64,000 bases of DNA. Source: Geosiphon pyriformis uo1 (Eukaryota > Fungi > Glomeromycota). The position numbers and the translations under genes are program-made. Under the pieces are notes generated by a model that was given only the letters and a program-made list of their open reading frames with translations, was not told the origin of the DNA and searched no databases. The DNA lies in assembly GCA_016748015.1 (NCBI GenBank), contig JAAOMT010000671.1, positions 1-64,000 on the forward strand, written 5' to 3'. Positions 1 to 15,590 of the stretch are shown one piece after another (the stretch's first letter is position 1; each line of letters begins with the position of its first letter).

Positions 1-99
1 TTAAAATATTTATCATTTATTCCATAATAATTCCTTTGGTAAATAAAATAATAAAATTTTAATAATAAAAATTCAATTTAATCTATATTTTTTAACTTT

Positions 100-345
100 T
101 CAATTTTCGATTTCCCCGTTTCCCTTTTTTTGTTCATGTTTATCCCGCATCCCGGTTTGTTATTGTATTACCAGATATTAGCCTATCATTTAAGACATGT
201 TTCACGATGCTGAAGCTTCACCACTGTTTGCAAAAGGTCCTGATCAACGTCCCGTCATCACGTCGTTATATCACCTAAATCAAAGGTCACGTTTGTCGAT
301 CATAACTCGTTCTCCTATAAATCGAGGACAATGTAATATCTGATT
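100..345. promoter_or_regulatory. Small CpG-retaining island, promoter-like or a transposon end
   Basis: Many CG dinucleotides (CCCGTT, CCCGCATCCCGG, CACGTCG, TCACGTT) within otherwise CpG-free DNA. Contains CGGTTTGTTATT, whose reverse complement AATAACAAACCG also occurs at about 44682-44693. Confidence 0.3.
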
Positions 346-874
346 GATTTGATTTAAAATTTAAAATATTTAAATTGGAAGGAAAAAACCAATTTTTTTT
401 TCTATTGTTTTTAATCATTTTTAATATTTAAAAAGCTTTTTTGATAATTAAAACAACTAAACAACATTTTTTAACCTAATTTTCTTAAATAATAAAGATA
501 CAAAATAGTTTTAATTATTAATAAACCATTTTTTTTAGCTTTAAATAAAAATTTTATTTTATTCAAGATTTTTTTAAGCAATTAATTAAAATTAATCTTA
601 ATATAATTATTATTATTGTAAAAGAAATCTCAAAATCTTTAATTTTTTATTAATCATTTTTTTTTTGTTTATATAGTCAAAAAAATCAAAAACTAATTTT
701 TTGTTTTTTGTTTTAATCTTTTAAATATTTTATAAAACATTAATTTTTTTTTATTAAATATAACTATTATTGTTAATAGTATTATAATTAACAAAAAAGA
801 TTACTTATAATCTTTTTAATAATATTTTAATTTTAAAAAAGTTTATAATTAGTGTTTTAATTAAATAATTTAAA

Positions 875-935
875 AATATAAAACAGATTCTAATATAAAA
901 ACAGATTCTAATATAAAACAGATTCTAATATAAAA
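875..935. repeat. Short tandem repeat, 3 x ~17-18 bp (AATATAAAACAGATTCT)
   Basis: Read directly from the sequence. Confidence 0.8.
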
Positions 936-1609
936 ATAAATAAAATACAATAATTAATATTAAATACAAAACAAATAATAAAAGTAAAGCTTCTTAAATT
1001 TTTAAACAAATACTCTAAAAACAAACAAAATAAATATAAATAAATTAGTGGTTCTTTTATTTGGTATTATTAATTTTAAAATAAAAAATAATAAGATTAA
1101 TCTTTTATTTTTGTGTTTTATTATACTAAAATCTAAATAGTTGACTTTTGTAATTAAAAAAAAAATTTGCTTTAAATGTTAATTTGTTTATTATTAGAAA
1201 AAAATATAAAAAAGATATAAATAATTATAAAATTTATATTTATATTAAAAATTAGTTTAATTAGCATTATAGTATTAATTACTAAAAAAACATTTTAATA
1301 AATAATAATTTCAAAAAACAAAAATGTATTCAAATTAAATAATAATTATTAAAAAATATTTTAAAAACATATTATTATAATTTTGTTTAAGTTAATTAAT
1401 TAATTTATAATAAAAAATTATAATAAATTTGTTAAATTAAATTAAATTAAATTAATCTATTGGCTTTCAATTAATTTTTTTTATTTAATAAGAATTTAGT
1501 ATATATAATTAAAACTGTTTTATTTATTTTGTTTATAAGCATTATTATTTATAAACTTAAAAATATTCTAAATAAAACCAATAAAAAATTTGTATATTAA
1601 TTATATATA

Positions 1610-4600
1610 TATTTTTTTTTAGCAAATTATTAAGTAATATCCAACTACTATTTAGTACATAAAATCAAACTAAGTAGTTTAAATTAAATATGACTCATAT
1701 ATTTACTATATATGACTAATCATTTAGACCAGACAAGACAACACTATATATTTATATAAATATACATATTACTACCTAAATCAGAAAAAAAAGCACAAAG
1801 TTTGTGACAGCCAAAACTAACTGCAAAAGATTCAATAACACTAAGCATTTTAACTATATTATCAAAAAGCCTAAACATTATACTATAAGACAATTTTGAA
1901 ATCAAATCACTATTACCAATCAGACCAGCCTTTTTTATATTTATCCTATATCCAGATTTTACCAATTACATCTTAGCATGATATGATTTTATTAAATGCT
2001 TTACATATTTAATGATTTTTAAAGTAGTTTTTTTTTTATCAAAAATTCTAACAGTTTTTACATACCAATCTCTTAATACAAACCCCTTATAAACTATTAT
2101 ATACAGATTTATATTTGAAGAACACTTAAAAAAAGTTTGCAAAATGGCAAAAAAAGACTGCTCATAAGCACTTATAGACATAACTTATCATGTAAAAGCC
2201 TTAGCTAAAATCTCTTTTCAAACTCCAATATCTTAAATACAAGTGAACATATAGTCAAACAACTTTATTTTATTATATAGCAAATACAGCACACCAGAAT
2301 ATCTCTTATCATATAATTTTTTTTTAACTGCCACAAATAGTCATTTATGTAAAGTTTTTATCAAATATGTATATAGATTGGCAGACTTTCTATTGGTAAA
2401 TCCAGAAAGCATATGCAAATTAAGATGCCAAATCTTTGCAGTAACCACCTAATTAACATCCTTAATTAGCATACTTAAAATCATACTGTGGTCAGGACCA
2501 GCTTTTTAATAAATATAACAAACAAACCTATATAAATTTCAGACAAAATTATAGACATTACCAAACACAGCTATGTTTTTAGCCACCAGAAAACATTTTT
2601 ATACTCTTATTGGCAAAAAAAAAGAGTGTAAACAATCTTGTTTGTCATTATATCAGCCTTCATATTGTCATAAATACCCAAATGTTCTTTGATTTTTATC
2701 TAATTCACTGCAAAATTTTTATTCCTAATCAGATTAGCAATATGTTTTTTTTCTATTCAGCATTGATTATAAAAGTCTGATACAACAAATAATATCTTAA
2801 ACACATATGTATTAATAGCAGCTTGGCTGTCAAAACAAAAGCCCATATACTCCAACACTAACACTCATATTTACAACTGAAAAATATGCAGCTGTCTTAT
2901 TAGTAACATCAGCAGAACTAGCATTTTTTAATGAACTATCTATATAAATCTCAAACAAATCAGACTAAATCTCATATAAACTACTCCAAATATCAGAAAA
3001 TCTTTTAGATTTTAAAATATTCAAGCTTAACAACTAATTAGTCTTAACAGATTTACTCAACACAAAACTTTTATTATGCAAAAATTTTGATGTAAGCTCA
3101 AACTAATAAGGCACAAAATCTTTAAAATTCAGCTTCTTCTATTAACAAAAAGTCTTTCAATTTATTATGTTGTTCTTTTTATTAAAAAATTTATCACTAA
3201 AAGCAATCTTAAATTGCTTTAAAAAGCAAACAAAACTAAGATACATGGTTTTTTCCAAAATTATTGACATCAAAAAATTACTGAAACTATAAAAAACATT
3301 AGACAAATTTTTTATCAAAAACAGCTTATTGTCTAAAAAGATTTTTACTATTCCAGCCAGAAAATTATTCACTGGACTAACATGTAACTTGATAAAAAAT
3401 AGCAAGAGATTCAAAAAAGTCCAATCCAAAACCTGTAAATCTAAGAATCTATGATTAAATAAGTGTTCGAAAATATCCAAAACATTAGAAAAAAAGATTA
3501 AGACAACTAATTTTTTTTCAGATTGCACTTGCTTAAATAATTTCAGATCTATAAAAAAAAATAATACAAAGCCTCAATAAGAAAATCACAGAGCAAATAG
3601 ATTTTAGACTTAAGATCTTTTCTAATTATAACATCTTACTTATAATACATACTTGACAAGACAAAACTAAACTAAGTCTTATAACTGACTATGAACTATA
3701 AAACAGCTAACACTAAATAGCTTTTCTGAACACCACATTGACAAAAATTCAAACATTAGAATAAGTCTTGGCCATACTTGGCTTGAATAATTCTTCAATT
3801 AACACTAAATATCTATGTATCTTATTCTTTTTGGCAATCAAAATTAGATAACTACTAATATTCAAAAAAGCAACTCTAACTCTCTGATTGATAGAAATAA
3901 CCACTGTTTTTTCATTGTTAATTGAGATATTATTGATTATAAAAAACTTACTGGCAATATTTAAAGCATACTAAGTAAAAGTTTGACAACTTTTAATTCA
4001 AATTGTGTTATTAACAAATATATCATCTGCAAAAAAAGAGAACATCCTATTGTTATTTTCAATTTTGCCAGTCTTTGCCACAAACTTAGTATTGATTTAA
4101 TATCTGCACAAATGTTCATACTTTTTAATTTTGTATAAGAGTAGATTATAAAAAATTTTTCAAAGAAGAAGTAAGAAGACTTTGTTCTAATTCAAATTAT
4201 TATATATCTTATAGTTATCCAAAAAACCAAAATTAGTCATTATTTTATTAACTTTATTTTTATGTATGTTGTCAAAAAATTTAATAAACCTATTACACAT
4301 TTTGATTCATTACAAATTAGGTCTTAAGTAGTACCAACCAACCAAATCATATGCTTTGTGTATATTTTATAAGACCAATTAGAGTTTTTTATTCTTCTTA
4401 AAAACATTTTCAATTATTAACCCAACAGCAAACACAGAAAACTGAGTAGATATACTTTTTAAAACCAAAAAATTATCATTTTAAAGAATACCAAACTTGC
4501 TATATATAGACAAAATTTGATTAAATAGGATCTTAAAAAAAACTTTTCTGGCAGTTTTGATTAAAACAATAAGTTAAGTGTTTGTTAAAACCCTATTTTA

Positions 4601-7600
4601 CTCATAAGGTTTAGAAATTATTAAGACTCAAGCTTTCTTTTATAAAGTAAAAACATTACTGATAAACAAACATACATTTAACAAATTTAAAAAATATTTC
4701 ACTATCTTATTACTATTATGCTTTTAAAGTTTGTTAGGAATGCTAAACAAATTAGCAACTTTGCTATCAGACAAACCATTAATTACCAAAAGCAATTTTC
4801 TTATACTGATCTTTTTTATTATATTAGAAAAAACATTATCTCTTATGTAATTCAATAGTATATATTAGTAAGCCCAAAGATTAGGCATTGTTATAGGTAC
4901 AGCTCACTTTTTTGTCCAATTTTTTATTATCTTATTAACACTGAGCTTCACCTTCTCTGGTTCCAGAACCAACTTACTATTTATTATCAAATGATCTAAA
5001 ACCACTTTGCAAAAAGACTGATTCAAAATGCTCTTAATCATACTATCTTTATTAGAACTAAAATTTTCCATGTGCTTTTGAATTGCCTTCCTAATAGATG
5101 TTTTTTCAGCCAATTTTGACTTGTATATCTTGAATTTTCTGTACTCTTTTCAAACCAATGACAAATGTCTGAAAATATTCATTAGTTTTTTATTATTCTG
5201 AACTATGTTTATGACTATAAAAGTCTTACTATTATCCAAAGTTGACTATTTTTTAATAAAACAATTGAATCCAAACATGTTATTTAAGTTCAACTTCTTA
5301 ATAATTTTGGCAATTAACAATTTTAATTCAAAAAACTTAAAAAACTACTTGTTTTTTAAACATTAAAATTTACTAAACCAATATTTCAAAAATATTTCAT
5401 TAGCCAATTCCACTATTATCTTTTTTAGCAGCATCTACATAACATCTAAATTAACACAAGTCTTAGCTTTTGAAAACTTATCTTTTACTACCAAAAGCTT
5501 GACAGAAAAACATTTCTCAAATTGTATCTACTTAGTATTATCTGTATTTTTAATTTTGAACTTCTAATAATTTTTATTAGCTTGTTTGTATAAGCCATTT
5601 AAATAAATATTTAAAAGTCCACCCAAACCAATCAAAACCAAGACAGTTTTGTGATTAGTGTTAAAAAATATAGATACAGAATCAATTTCATGATTAACAA
5701 CTATTGATAATAAATTTTCATTAACAAAAATATAATTTATAACTTTTTTTACACTTCTTGAGTTGTTTTAAGTTGAGACTTTGATTAATAAATGCTTACT
5801 AAATAAGTTGACTAAACCCAAATTCAGACAAAACTTGAAACTTACACTCTTTTCAGACTCATTTTTATTAAAATTCTTATCTAAGACCACAAAAATGCTG
5901 GAGTTAACAGCTTTGGCAATAAAAGAGTTGATCTCTAAAGCCTGACCAAACTTAGCTTCAGTAAAAACACTAATATACAGACCCAAAACCATGACTGAAA
6001 ACTTGCTCTTAAAGAGAAATTATATTAAAACAACACAACCAAAAATTTTTTCTATCTTGAAAACATGTTGAGCCAAAGAATTATTCATAATATTAATTAT
6101 TTTAGCACTAAAAAAACATTTTTCCAAATCAGATGTAAAGATTCATATCCTCACAAACTTATTTGCAATCCAAAATTTGATATTAGATCTTAACTTTGTT
6201 TTTATTATAAAAGAAACTATAATATCCAAATTTATATGTTAACATCTTTCTGTTTAGCAAGAATATTAATATCTTTAATATTACAAGTAACAAACTTTTA
6301 TACTAAATCTGTTATTGAAAAAAAAGATATTTTGCACCTAAATTAAAATTGTCTACCTTAATTATTAAGTCTATAACTATAGTTAACAAATTGTCTATGT
6401 TTTTTTCTAACTTTGAAGCAAATAATTAATCAAAAACTACTGTTTTTACAACAGTCTTATTATTAATGGCTGCACCCAAACTCTCACTTATTATTATATT
6501 CACCTCTTGATTTTGTAATAAAGAGGTCACTAATAGCTAACATTTAGGATTAGACTGGAAAACCATTGGTTTAAATGCATCTAATCTTTTAGTCAGCTTG
6601 TCAATCTGTTTTATAAAACTGATAAGACTGTATTTAAGAATGGCAAACTTAATACTAACTTCTAAAAAAACCAGTGAGATAAGTTTAATATCCAAAAATA
6701 AATCAGTATTGAAAAAAACCAAAAACACTACATAAAAAACAGAACTATTAGCAATCTAAGCCCAAGTTTTTTCATCAAAAAACACCAGATAAACAATTAG
6801 AGCCTGTTTTTTTTTATATATATTGGCTAAACAAATCTGATCTTGAGAAATAACTACTTATTTATTACAAACTCCAAGATTTTTATCTGTCAAACACATA
6901 TTAAAAATATGACTAAATTGTTTATGCAGAACACAACAGGCCAAAAAAAAACCAGTCCAACATAAATTCACATTTTTAAAAACCAGAGTAGAATCAATAA
7001 CAGCTGTTTTAGATGTCTCATTAATAATACAAATTATAGCATACCTATTATGTACATATAAACTTAAATTATAATCAATATAAAAAGTTTTTTTATCATA
7101 TAATTTCAACAAATCAGAAAGATTATGGGCAGTAGTACTAACTGGCAAAGTATACAATAATGCCTAATAAAGATTTTTGAATATTCATAATTGTTTATTA
7201 TTAATTACCAAAGTCATATATACAGAATCTTTTTTTATGAAAACTGATTATTTAGAAGTAACCAGACAGGCAATATCTGCTAACTTTAACTTAACTAAGA
7301 TCTTTTGCCAAAAACCAATTAATTGTATTTTAATTGAAGTAATCTTGCCAAATTTGGAAAAAACTGTTTTTACTGTTAATTTAAAAGGATTTACTGAGAT
7401 CTTCTTAACAATTACTTCTTGATCCATACAGCTATTTGTTTTTCTTATATTATTATTAACCAGAATTTTCTTATTGATAGCCAAATTTTTTGCCTTTTTC
7501 AAACTTAACTCAAATATAAAAAAGATCTGATTATTTCAAAAAATTTTAAGAAAGTAAAAGCTCTTTTAAAACCATTAATATGATAAAAATTTTTTTTTAC

Positions 7601-8340
7601 AGCAATCAACTTAATATAATTGGTTTTGCCAGATACAGCAGACAGTTTAATATCTAAAACAAAAGATTTAATTGGTTTAAAACTATGTTTTTCTGAGACA
7701 TATAATCCAGTTAATAGTATTAAGCCAACAAACTTAGAAAAAAGCATCAAAATATTATTATCATTACTCATATTATTGAACATTAGAACTTTTAGTGGAT
7801 TTCCCAATATATATATTCAAATACAAATTTTTTTAGATATTGTTTTATCCTTATTTTTATTACTTTCAAAAGTATTTAAGTCTACATAACTGGTTTTTTT
7901 GACAAATATGTTTTTTATATTTTTTATGTTAAAAAAACTATTAACACTATTAGTCATGCTACCAATCTTGCTACTTTAAGATACTGCAGATTTCGTATTA
8001 GAGACATCAATATTCATTAAATTCAAAGATTTAGTAGATAAGTTAATTATATTACTATTAGCTTTAAATTTTTTTGGCTTTTTATACAACATATCATAAG
8101 AGTAAACACTCTCTACATGCTTTTTTTTGGTGTTAAAACAGATCTTCAACCCAGCCAAATCAGAGTCAGAACTATTAGCAAATGAACTTACTAATTTTAT
8201 TACTATAAATAGAAGTATATTTGAAAAAATAACTAAGGAAAACAAAAAAAAAGGAAAAAAGAAAAGTTATATTTTTGATCAATTTTTTGTTTTTGTCATG
8301 GTCAAGAAATTGACAAGAAAAAGATTTTTTTTATATTTTT
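1610..8340 (-). mobile_element. LINE (non-LTR retrotransposon) copy 1, near full length, degenerate
   Basis: Minus-strand ORF fragments (7976-8245, 7505-7807, 7248-7502, 6858-7157, 5768-5992, 4904-5113, 1966-2181) are colinear homologs of ORF1/ORF2 of the copy at 54800-61601. Poly(T) at about 1612-1620 is the 3' poly(A). Ends are approximate. Confidence 0.9.
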
Positions 8341-11300
8341 ATTATTAATAATAAAATAAAATATATTATTATTTGTTTTAAATTTAAGAAATTTTTGAAT
8401 AAAATTTATTATATAATTTTTGTTTTAATAAAGTTAATTTATTATAAGTTAAATTAAATTTAATTTGTTATAAAAAATGTAAAAATTTTAAAAATTCTGA
8501 ATTAAAATATAATTTTCTTAAAAATTTATTTTTAAAAATTAATTATTTTTATTTTTTTAATTTTTATGTTAAAAAAAATATTTTTATTTTATATTTGTTT
8601 ATTTTTAATAGAAAATTATAAACTTAAGTAATTTTTTTTGGTTGTATTTTTAATTATAATAATAATTTAAATCTAATTTTGATATTTTTTTTAAAATTGC
8701 TTTTTTAACAGTAAAATTAAAATTAAATATGTTAAATTATAATTTAAAACTTTATTTTAATAATATTTTCAAGTTAAATACTTTGTTTATACTTGTTTTT
8801 TCTGTTTAATAATTGTTTTTTTTAGTATTAATATTTAATTTTATTATTTTAAGTTAAATAGTCTTAAAACTAAATTTGCTAAGCTTTTAATATTATATTT
8901 TTAAAATTAAATAATTTGTTTTTTTTAATAAATAGTTTTATTTAAAAAATTATTATATGTAATATAAAAAGAATAAATAATTTTATAAAGTAAAAAAACA
9001 TTATAAAATAATATAAAAATATAAATAGTTTAATATTTATTATTATTAAAACTAAATTAAAAAATTATATTTAAATTATAAATAAATTTAATGATATAAA
9101 AGTTTTTATTTTTAGTCTAAATTTTAATTATTTAAATTTTAATATTGTAATTATTATAAATAATAATTTAATAAATATATATATATATATAATTTTTGAT
9201 AAACTTTTTGTTTTAATTTTAGAATTTTATGTTAACTTATTAATAATATAAATTTTTAATTAATATCAAAAAAAAGTTTTTAATTGATAAAAAAAAAAGT
9301 ATTTAAATTTGATGTTAAAAAAAATTCTTAATTAATATTTTTATAAAAACATAATTAACTTAAGTTAATATATGAATTTTTTAATAATTAAAAATATAAA
9401 TAAAAACTTTTTTGTGGTTTTAAATAATAATTTGAATAAAAATAATTTAAAAAATATCTTAATTTTAAGAAATATTTGAATTTTATTTTGATTTTAATAA
9501 ACAGTTTAATAATTAAGATTATAACTTAAAAAAATTTAAAAAATATAAATTTTATTAATATTATAACTGATTATAAAGTTTTAAATATAAATAAATATTT
9601 TAATATTAATTATTAAGCTGTTTTTATTTAGTGAACTTAAATAGTTTATTAAATATATAATTAATTTTTTATAAAAATAAACAAATAAAAATAAATAAAA
9701 ATACAATTTCAAAAATACAAATAATACTAAGTAAATTTATTTTAAAAATATTTTTTTATTAAAAGCAATTGATTTAATTAAAAAGTTTAATAATTAAACA
9801 AAATAAAAATTCAAATATAATGGCAAATTTTTATTATAATATTGTGTATTATTTAATTAATAAAATTTTTGCTAAAATATAATTTTATAATTAAAAAATT
9901 ATTTAAGTATTTCAAGTTGAAATTTTTAATTTTTAAAATTGTTAAAATTAAATCTTATAATATTTTTTTTGTATTAATAAATCTGTAATTATATTTTAAC
10001 AATACTAAAACTTTAATTGTTTAAAGTTTAATAAATACAAATTCTAATATTAATAATATTTATTTTATTTTAAACAAAATAAAAAATGTATTTAAGTTTT
10101 ATAAATTTTAAATTAAAAAGTTTAAAATTAAATTTGCTGTTTTTAAATATATAAAAAGTTTTGTTATTAATAAAATTATATAATTTAAAATATTTTAAAA
10201 AATTTATTTTAAATTATCTTATTGTAAATAATATTAAAAAAAATAAAAAAATAAAAAGCAAATTATGTTAAATATTTTTTTAATTTATGTTAATAATAAT
10301 ATATTTTCTGATATAATAATAATAATTAATAAATTATTCAATATAATTAAAAAACTGTTAATTTATTTAATATTGTTAATAAACTTTGAAAATATTACAA
10401 TAAATTTGATTTAAAGCTATTTTTTTTTTATTAAATTTAATAAATACAGCCCAATTATTACCTAAAAACATATAATCATATAAGATCTTATATTAAATAT
10501 AACTTATGCTTTTTTTATATATGACCAACCATTCAAATCAATTAAAACAGCATTATACATCTAAATTATTTACTATAAAGAAGTTACATAAGAAACTGAA
10601 TTATATACTACTTAAATGAAAATATAGACCAAAGTAAATATAAATACTTAATTTAATACCAAAATTGTGAATTATTTTATAAGACCACATAAAACTAATT
10701 ACAACTAGAATTACAGATCTGTTATATGATAATAACTTATGTTTCTTATAATACACTTTTAATTTAGTTGTTAGTAATTATATAACAGATTTATAATTTT
10801 TAGCAAAATATTAGACCAAATTAATAACTAATAATTCATTATTTGATTTATCTTTTAATAAACTTATTGTATCAATTATTCAATTTTTTATTACAAAATT
10901 TTTAGCTAATAATATATATAAACAATTAAAAAATCCAGTTTTATAAAAGTAATAAATTATTATACAGTTAGCAATATAAATATCTAGCAAATTAGTCTAT
11001 TTTTTATGACATTTGAAATCAAATTTTTTCTGATATAATCATCATATATATATAAAAACATATAATCTAAATTCTTTATTAGTTTATACTAAATATACAA
11101 CACATTAGGATAACTTAGATTATATAATTTTTTTTTCTTGGCTACAAGTAATTAGTAGTATAAAATCTTTATAAAATAAGACTGAAATATTATAAAAGCA
11201 AAACTTGTAAAGTTAAACTGAATTCAATTATTAAAATATCATATATTAAAAGTTTAATACATATCAAAAAGATTACAAAAAGATTTATTTACAATACTAT

Positions 11301-13640
11301 TTGCATACTTAAATTCTCAACCAATAAAATTAATAGTTTTAAACAGACTTCTAACAAAATAATAGATATTTTTAAAAACAAATTTGTCTTTTATAACAAA
11401 AAAGCACTATAATATCTTAATAGGCAGTATAAAATTAGACATAGTAGTAGTATTGGCAAAAAAATTTACATATTCATTGCCAATAATCTCAAAATAACTT
11501 TTAATCTTGTTCTAGTTAATTGACAAATTTTTTAACACAATAATTTGACAAATATATTCTTTTTCTATTTAACATTTATTATAAAAGTCTGGTTTGACAT
11601 TTTTTATAATTAAAATACACATATCCAATAACACTTTACTATTTATAAACAATACTATTAAACTGAATATGAGAATACAGTTTAAAATAAAAACAATAAT
11701 CTGCAGTTCTATAAAAGTTAAGAAAAGTAAATTATAAATTTTAACTCTTATACTTATGTTAACATTCAAAAAATAAGTAGCAGCATTACTATAAATATTT
11801 ATAAATCTCAAATTTTTGACTGATCTATCTATATAAATAACTACTTTATTAGTCTTTTTTTTCATAAAACATTTTTTAACAAAGCCAATATTATATAAGC
11901 AGCTACTAAAAGTAAGACAATATGTCAAAGCACAATTGTTATTCAAACTATTATTTTTAATAAATTCAGTTAACAAACTAAACCACTTAAGAATTGGATT
12001 CTTAAAATTCAGTTTTTTTTATTTGTGAAATGTATTTTATGTAAAATATGTGTTATAAGAGTTTAAAAACTAGTTTACAAAAACAATACCAAACTTTTTA
12101 AGTAAACTTACTACTTTTATATATTATTCTAACTTTAAGACATCTGTAATTACTGGCCTAAAAAACATTAGATATGTTATTGCTTAAAAACAAATCACAA
12201 AATACCAGAGTGTTTATTATATCTGTTAAAAAATAATTTATGAAAGTAATTAATAATATAGTCAAAAAACTAAGAGGTTGTCAGAATATCTAATTGATAA
12301 TTTGTAAATTTATAGCTCTATATTTAAACAAATTGCCAAGAATATCTTCTGAATTGGCATAAATTATTAATTAACCAGTAAATTTTTGGTTTATATCCAT
12401 TTGAATGTTTTAAAATTATACAACTTGGGATGAAAAATAGCTTTATTGAAAAAATTCTTAAGTAAATTGGTTTTGAGTTTTAATTTTTTTGTTAGTATTT
12501 TGTTCTATTTTTTATACATACTTACCAATATGTAACTAAATTGCCATTTATAACCAATTAGGAATTACAAAACAACAGACATTAGATATAAGAATTGTTA
12601 TCAAAAACAGTCTTTTTTAGAATTAAATTTGTAAAAAATTTTATGTCTAAATATGTTTTAATAAGATTTGAATAGAAAAAATCTTTTGTAAACAAAAAAA
12701 TACCCAAATATTTATAAGTTTTACTTTTTTTTGCTATTAAAATATTCAATCTATTTATTATCAAATAAAAATTTTTTACTCTTTAATTAATAGAAATAGC
12801 AATTGTTTTTTTTATATTAATTGAAATATTATTGATATAAAAAAATTTATTAGCTATATCCAAAATATACTGAATAGCAAACATGTTATTTTTAATTTAA
12901 ATCATATTATTTACAAAAGCTTTAACTACCAAAAAAGATGTTTTGCTATTTCTAAGATTTTGTTTGCCAGTTTGTATAAAAAACTTAGAATCTATTCTGT
13001 AATTATATGTATAGTCATGCTTTTTAACTTCACAAAGTAAAAAATTATAGAAGATTCTTTACAGTAGTAGCAAAAAAACTTTATTTTGATTTAGTCTATT
13101 ATAAATAATATGTTCTGTTATAAGTCCTAAAATCTGTTTTTACTTATTTGATCTGATTATTGTATATTTTTAAAAAATTTAATAAAATAAAAACATATTT
13201 TAATTCTATCTAAACTGTTTTTTAAGTAATGCTACCCAATAGAATCATATATTTTATATATATCTTAAAAAACCAATTACAGTTTTCTGTTTTTTTTCAA
13301 TGCATTCTAAATTATAGAACCAACAATAAAAATTGGAGTTTAAGTAAATGTGTCTTTTAAAACTAAAAAATTATTACTATATAAAACATTAAACTTACTA
13401 TATACTAAAGAAATTTTATTTAAAAAAAACTTTAACAAGATTTTTTGAACTATTTTAATCAAGGCTATTGGCTTGATATTAATAAGAGTTTTTTTTTAGT
13501 TATATAGTTTTAGTATTATAAAAATTTAGGCTCTTTTTTACTATATAAAAACTGTTCTAACCCTAAACACTCATTAAAAATATTCAATAAATTATCTAAT
13601 ACTTACATATTATTATGTTTTCATAGCTTATTAAGAATGC

Positions 13641-14575
13641 TATTACTTATAAAAAAAGTACAAGAAAGAAAAATAGAAAAAACAGAAAGAAAAATAAACC
13701 AATAGAAAAATAGTATTTAATAAGTAAACACAATATCAAAAAATTATAACATATTGCTTAACAATGTACATATTGTTAATAAATTATGGTATACTGCTCA
13801 ACAATGAACACATTGTCAGAAAATCATAACATATTGTTTAGTAATAAACATATTGTCAAAGAAAATAAAATATATTGCTTAAAAAAATATAAAATCTCAT
13901 ATAACAAAAATTATATATATATAATAAGAATATTAGAAGCAAAAAAGATAGAATTGATTAAAAAGAATCAATTACAATCTATTAATTATTTAATACCTCT
14001 TTCTTTAAAAGATAATTTTTTTACAACTTAAAGTGAAATTAAATTACATATTAATAAAATATTAATTAGTACTTGAATTTATGTTATTATTACTTGATTA
14101 AAAAATATTAATTAATTTTCTACTATCAACATTCTATGTTGATAAAATTCAATATTTAATTATACTAAAACAATAACTCTTGATTACAGTTATTGATAAG
14201 ATATTAACTTTTTATTTTTTTTTATTTTTTTTATTTTTTTTTGTTTTGTTTCTTGGTTGTTTACTAATTAATTAAAAAAGATTAAGTGCTAAGTATTTAA
14301 TGTCAAGAATAGTCTGATAAAAAACTCGAAAATAAGAATAGAAATTTAAAAATAGCTTACCAAAAAAGCATGACTGTCAAAATAAACTGGTCATCATATT
14401 GAAAAAAAAAATTCACAAAAAAAACTATCAATTGAATCTCTGTCTATTATACAAAGAACTCAATCAAAACCTTTAAACTCTAAAAACTTTCAGAAATTAC
14501 CAATATTATCAACTATTGAACACCAAGTTACAGATTTATTATTTGTTTCAGCATTCTAAATAATTATTTGTAACA
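13641..14575 (+). mobile_element. Solo LTR related to the Gypsy-1 LTR
   Basis: Starts TATTACTT (mutated TGTTAC) and ends TGTAACA. The 3' third matches the Gypsy-1 LTR (CACCAAGTTACAGATTT...). It interrupts LINE-2; the TSD is imperfect (ATGC/ATAA). Confidence 0.75.
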
Positions 14576-15590
14576 ATAACAGAAAGACTAACAGTTTTTC
14601 TATCAGACTGTTTTTTAACTATCTGTAAAAACTTATTAAAATTGATATTATATATTATCTTTAAAAATGCATTGTTATTAACATAGTTTAGAAAAGCATA
14701 TTGGTTAGATTACTAATCTGGAAAAATACTGAACATTACATGTTTTTTTGTTTATCCTTTTATAATTATGTCAATATTATACTTAAGTTTACAAGACTTT
14801 AAAATCAGATTGTTATTTACTACTAGATAATTGAGCATCATTTTCTGAACTGAATGTTTTAAAACATTTTTAACATATATCTTTTATTAAAACAAAAGTT
14901 TTTCATACATTTTTTTATTGTTTTTCTGATAAAATTATTTTTAACAACTCTAAATTTATAATACTTAAATTTGCAGTATTTTTTTTTAATGCTTAATAAG
15001 TAACATAGAATTTTTATCTGTTTTTTTATTACTGTCAATTATGATTTCTACTTTGAAAGTTTCTTTTTTATTAATACTAGTTCAGATATTAAAAAGACAA
15101 TCAGTTTTTCAAAAACAGTTTAAACTCAAACTTTTCATAATTTTAGTTACCAATAGTTTTAGCTTAAAAAACTTAAATGATTATTTATTCTTTAAACACT
15201 TGTATTCACTAAACCAATGTTTAAAAAAAATTTTATTAGTAAAACTTACTATTATTTTTTTCAAAATTTTCCATATTATATTTAGATTACTATGGCTTTT
15301 TATATAATTAAAACCTACTATATTCAACAAAATTTTTTTCAAAGAATGTTTTTTAAACTATAACTACTTAGTAATATTAGCATTTTTAATTTTTAATTTT
15401 CATTTATTTTTGTTGATTTGTTTGTATATGCTATTCAAATAGATATTTAAAAGACTATTCAAACCAATTAAAACCAAAACTGTCTTGTAATTAGTATTAA
15501 AAAAGTCAGATATGGAGTTGATCTTATAACTAGCAATCACAAATGATAATCTCTTATTAACAAAAATATAATTTATAGTTTTTTTAATAT

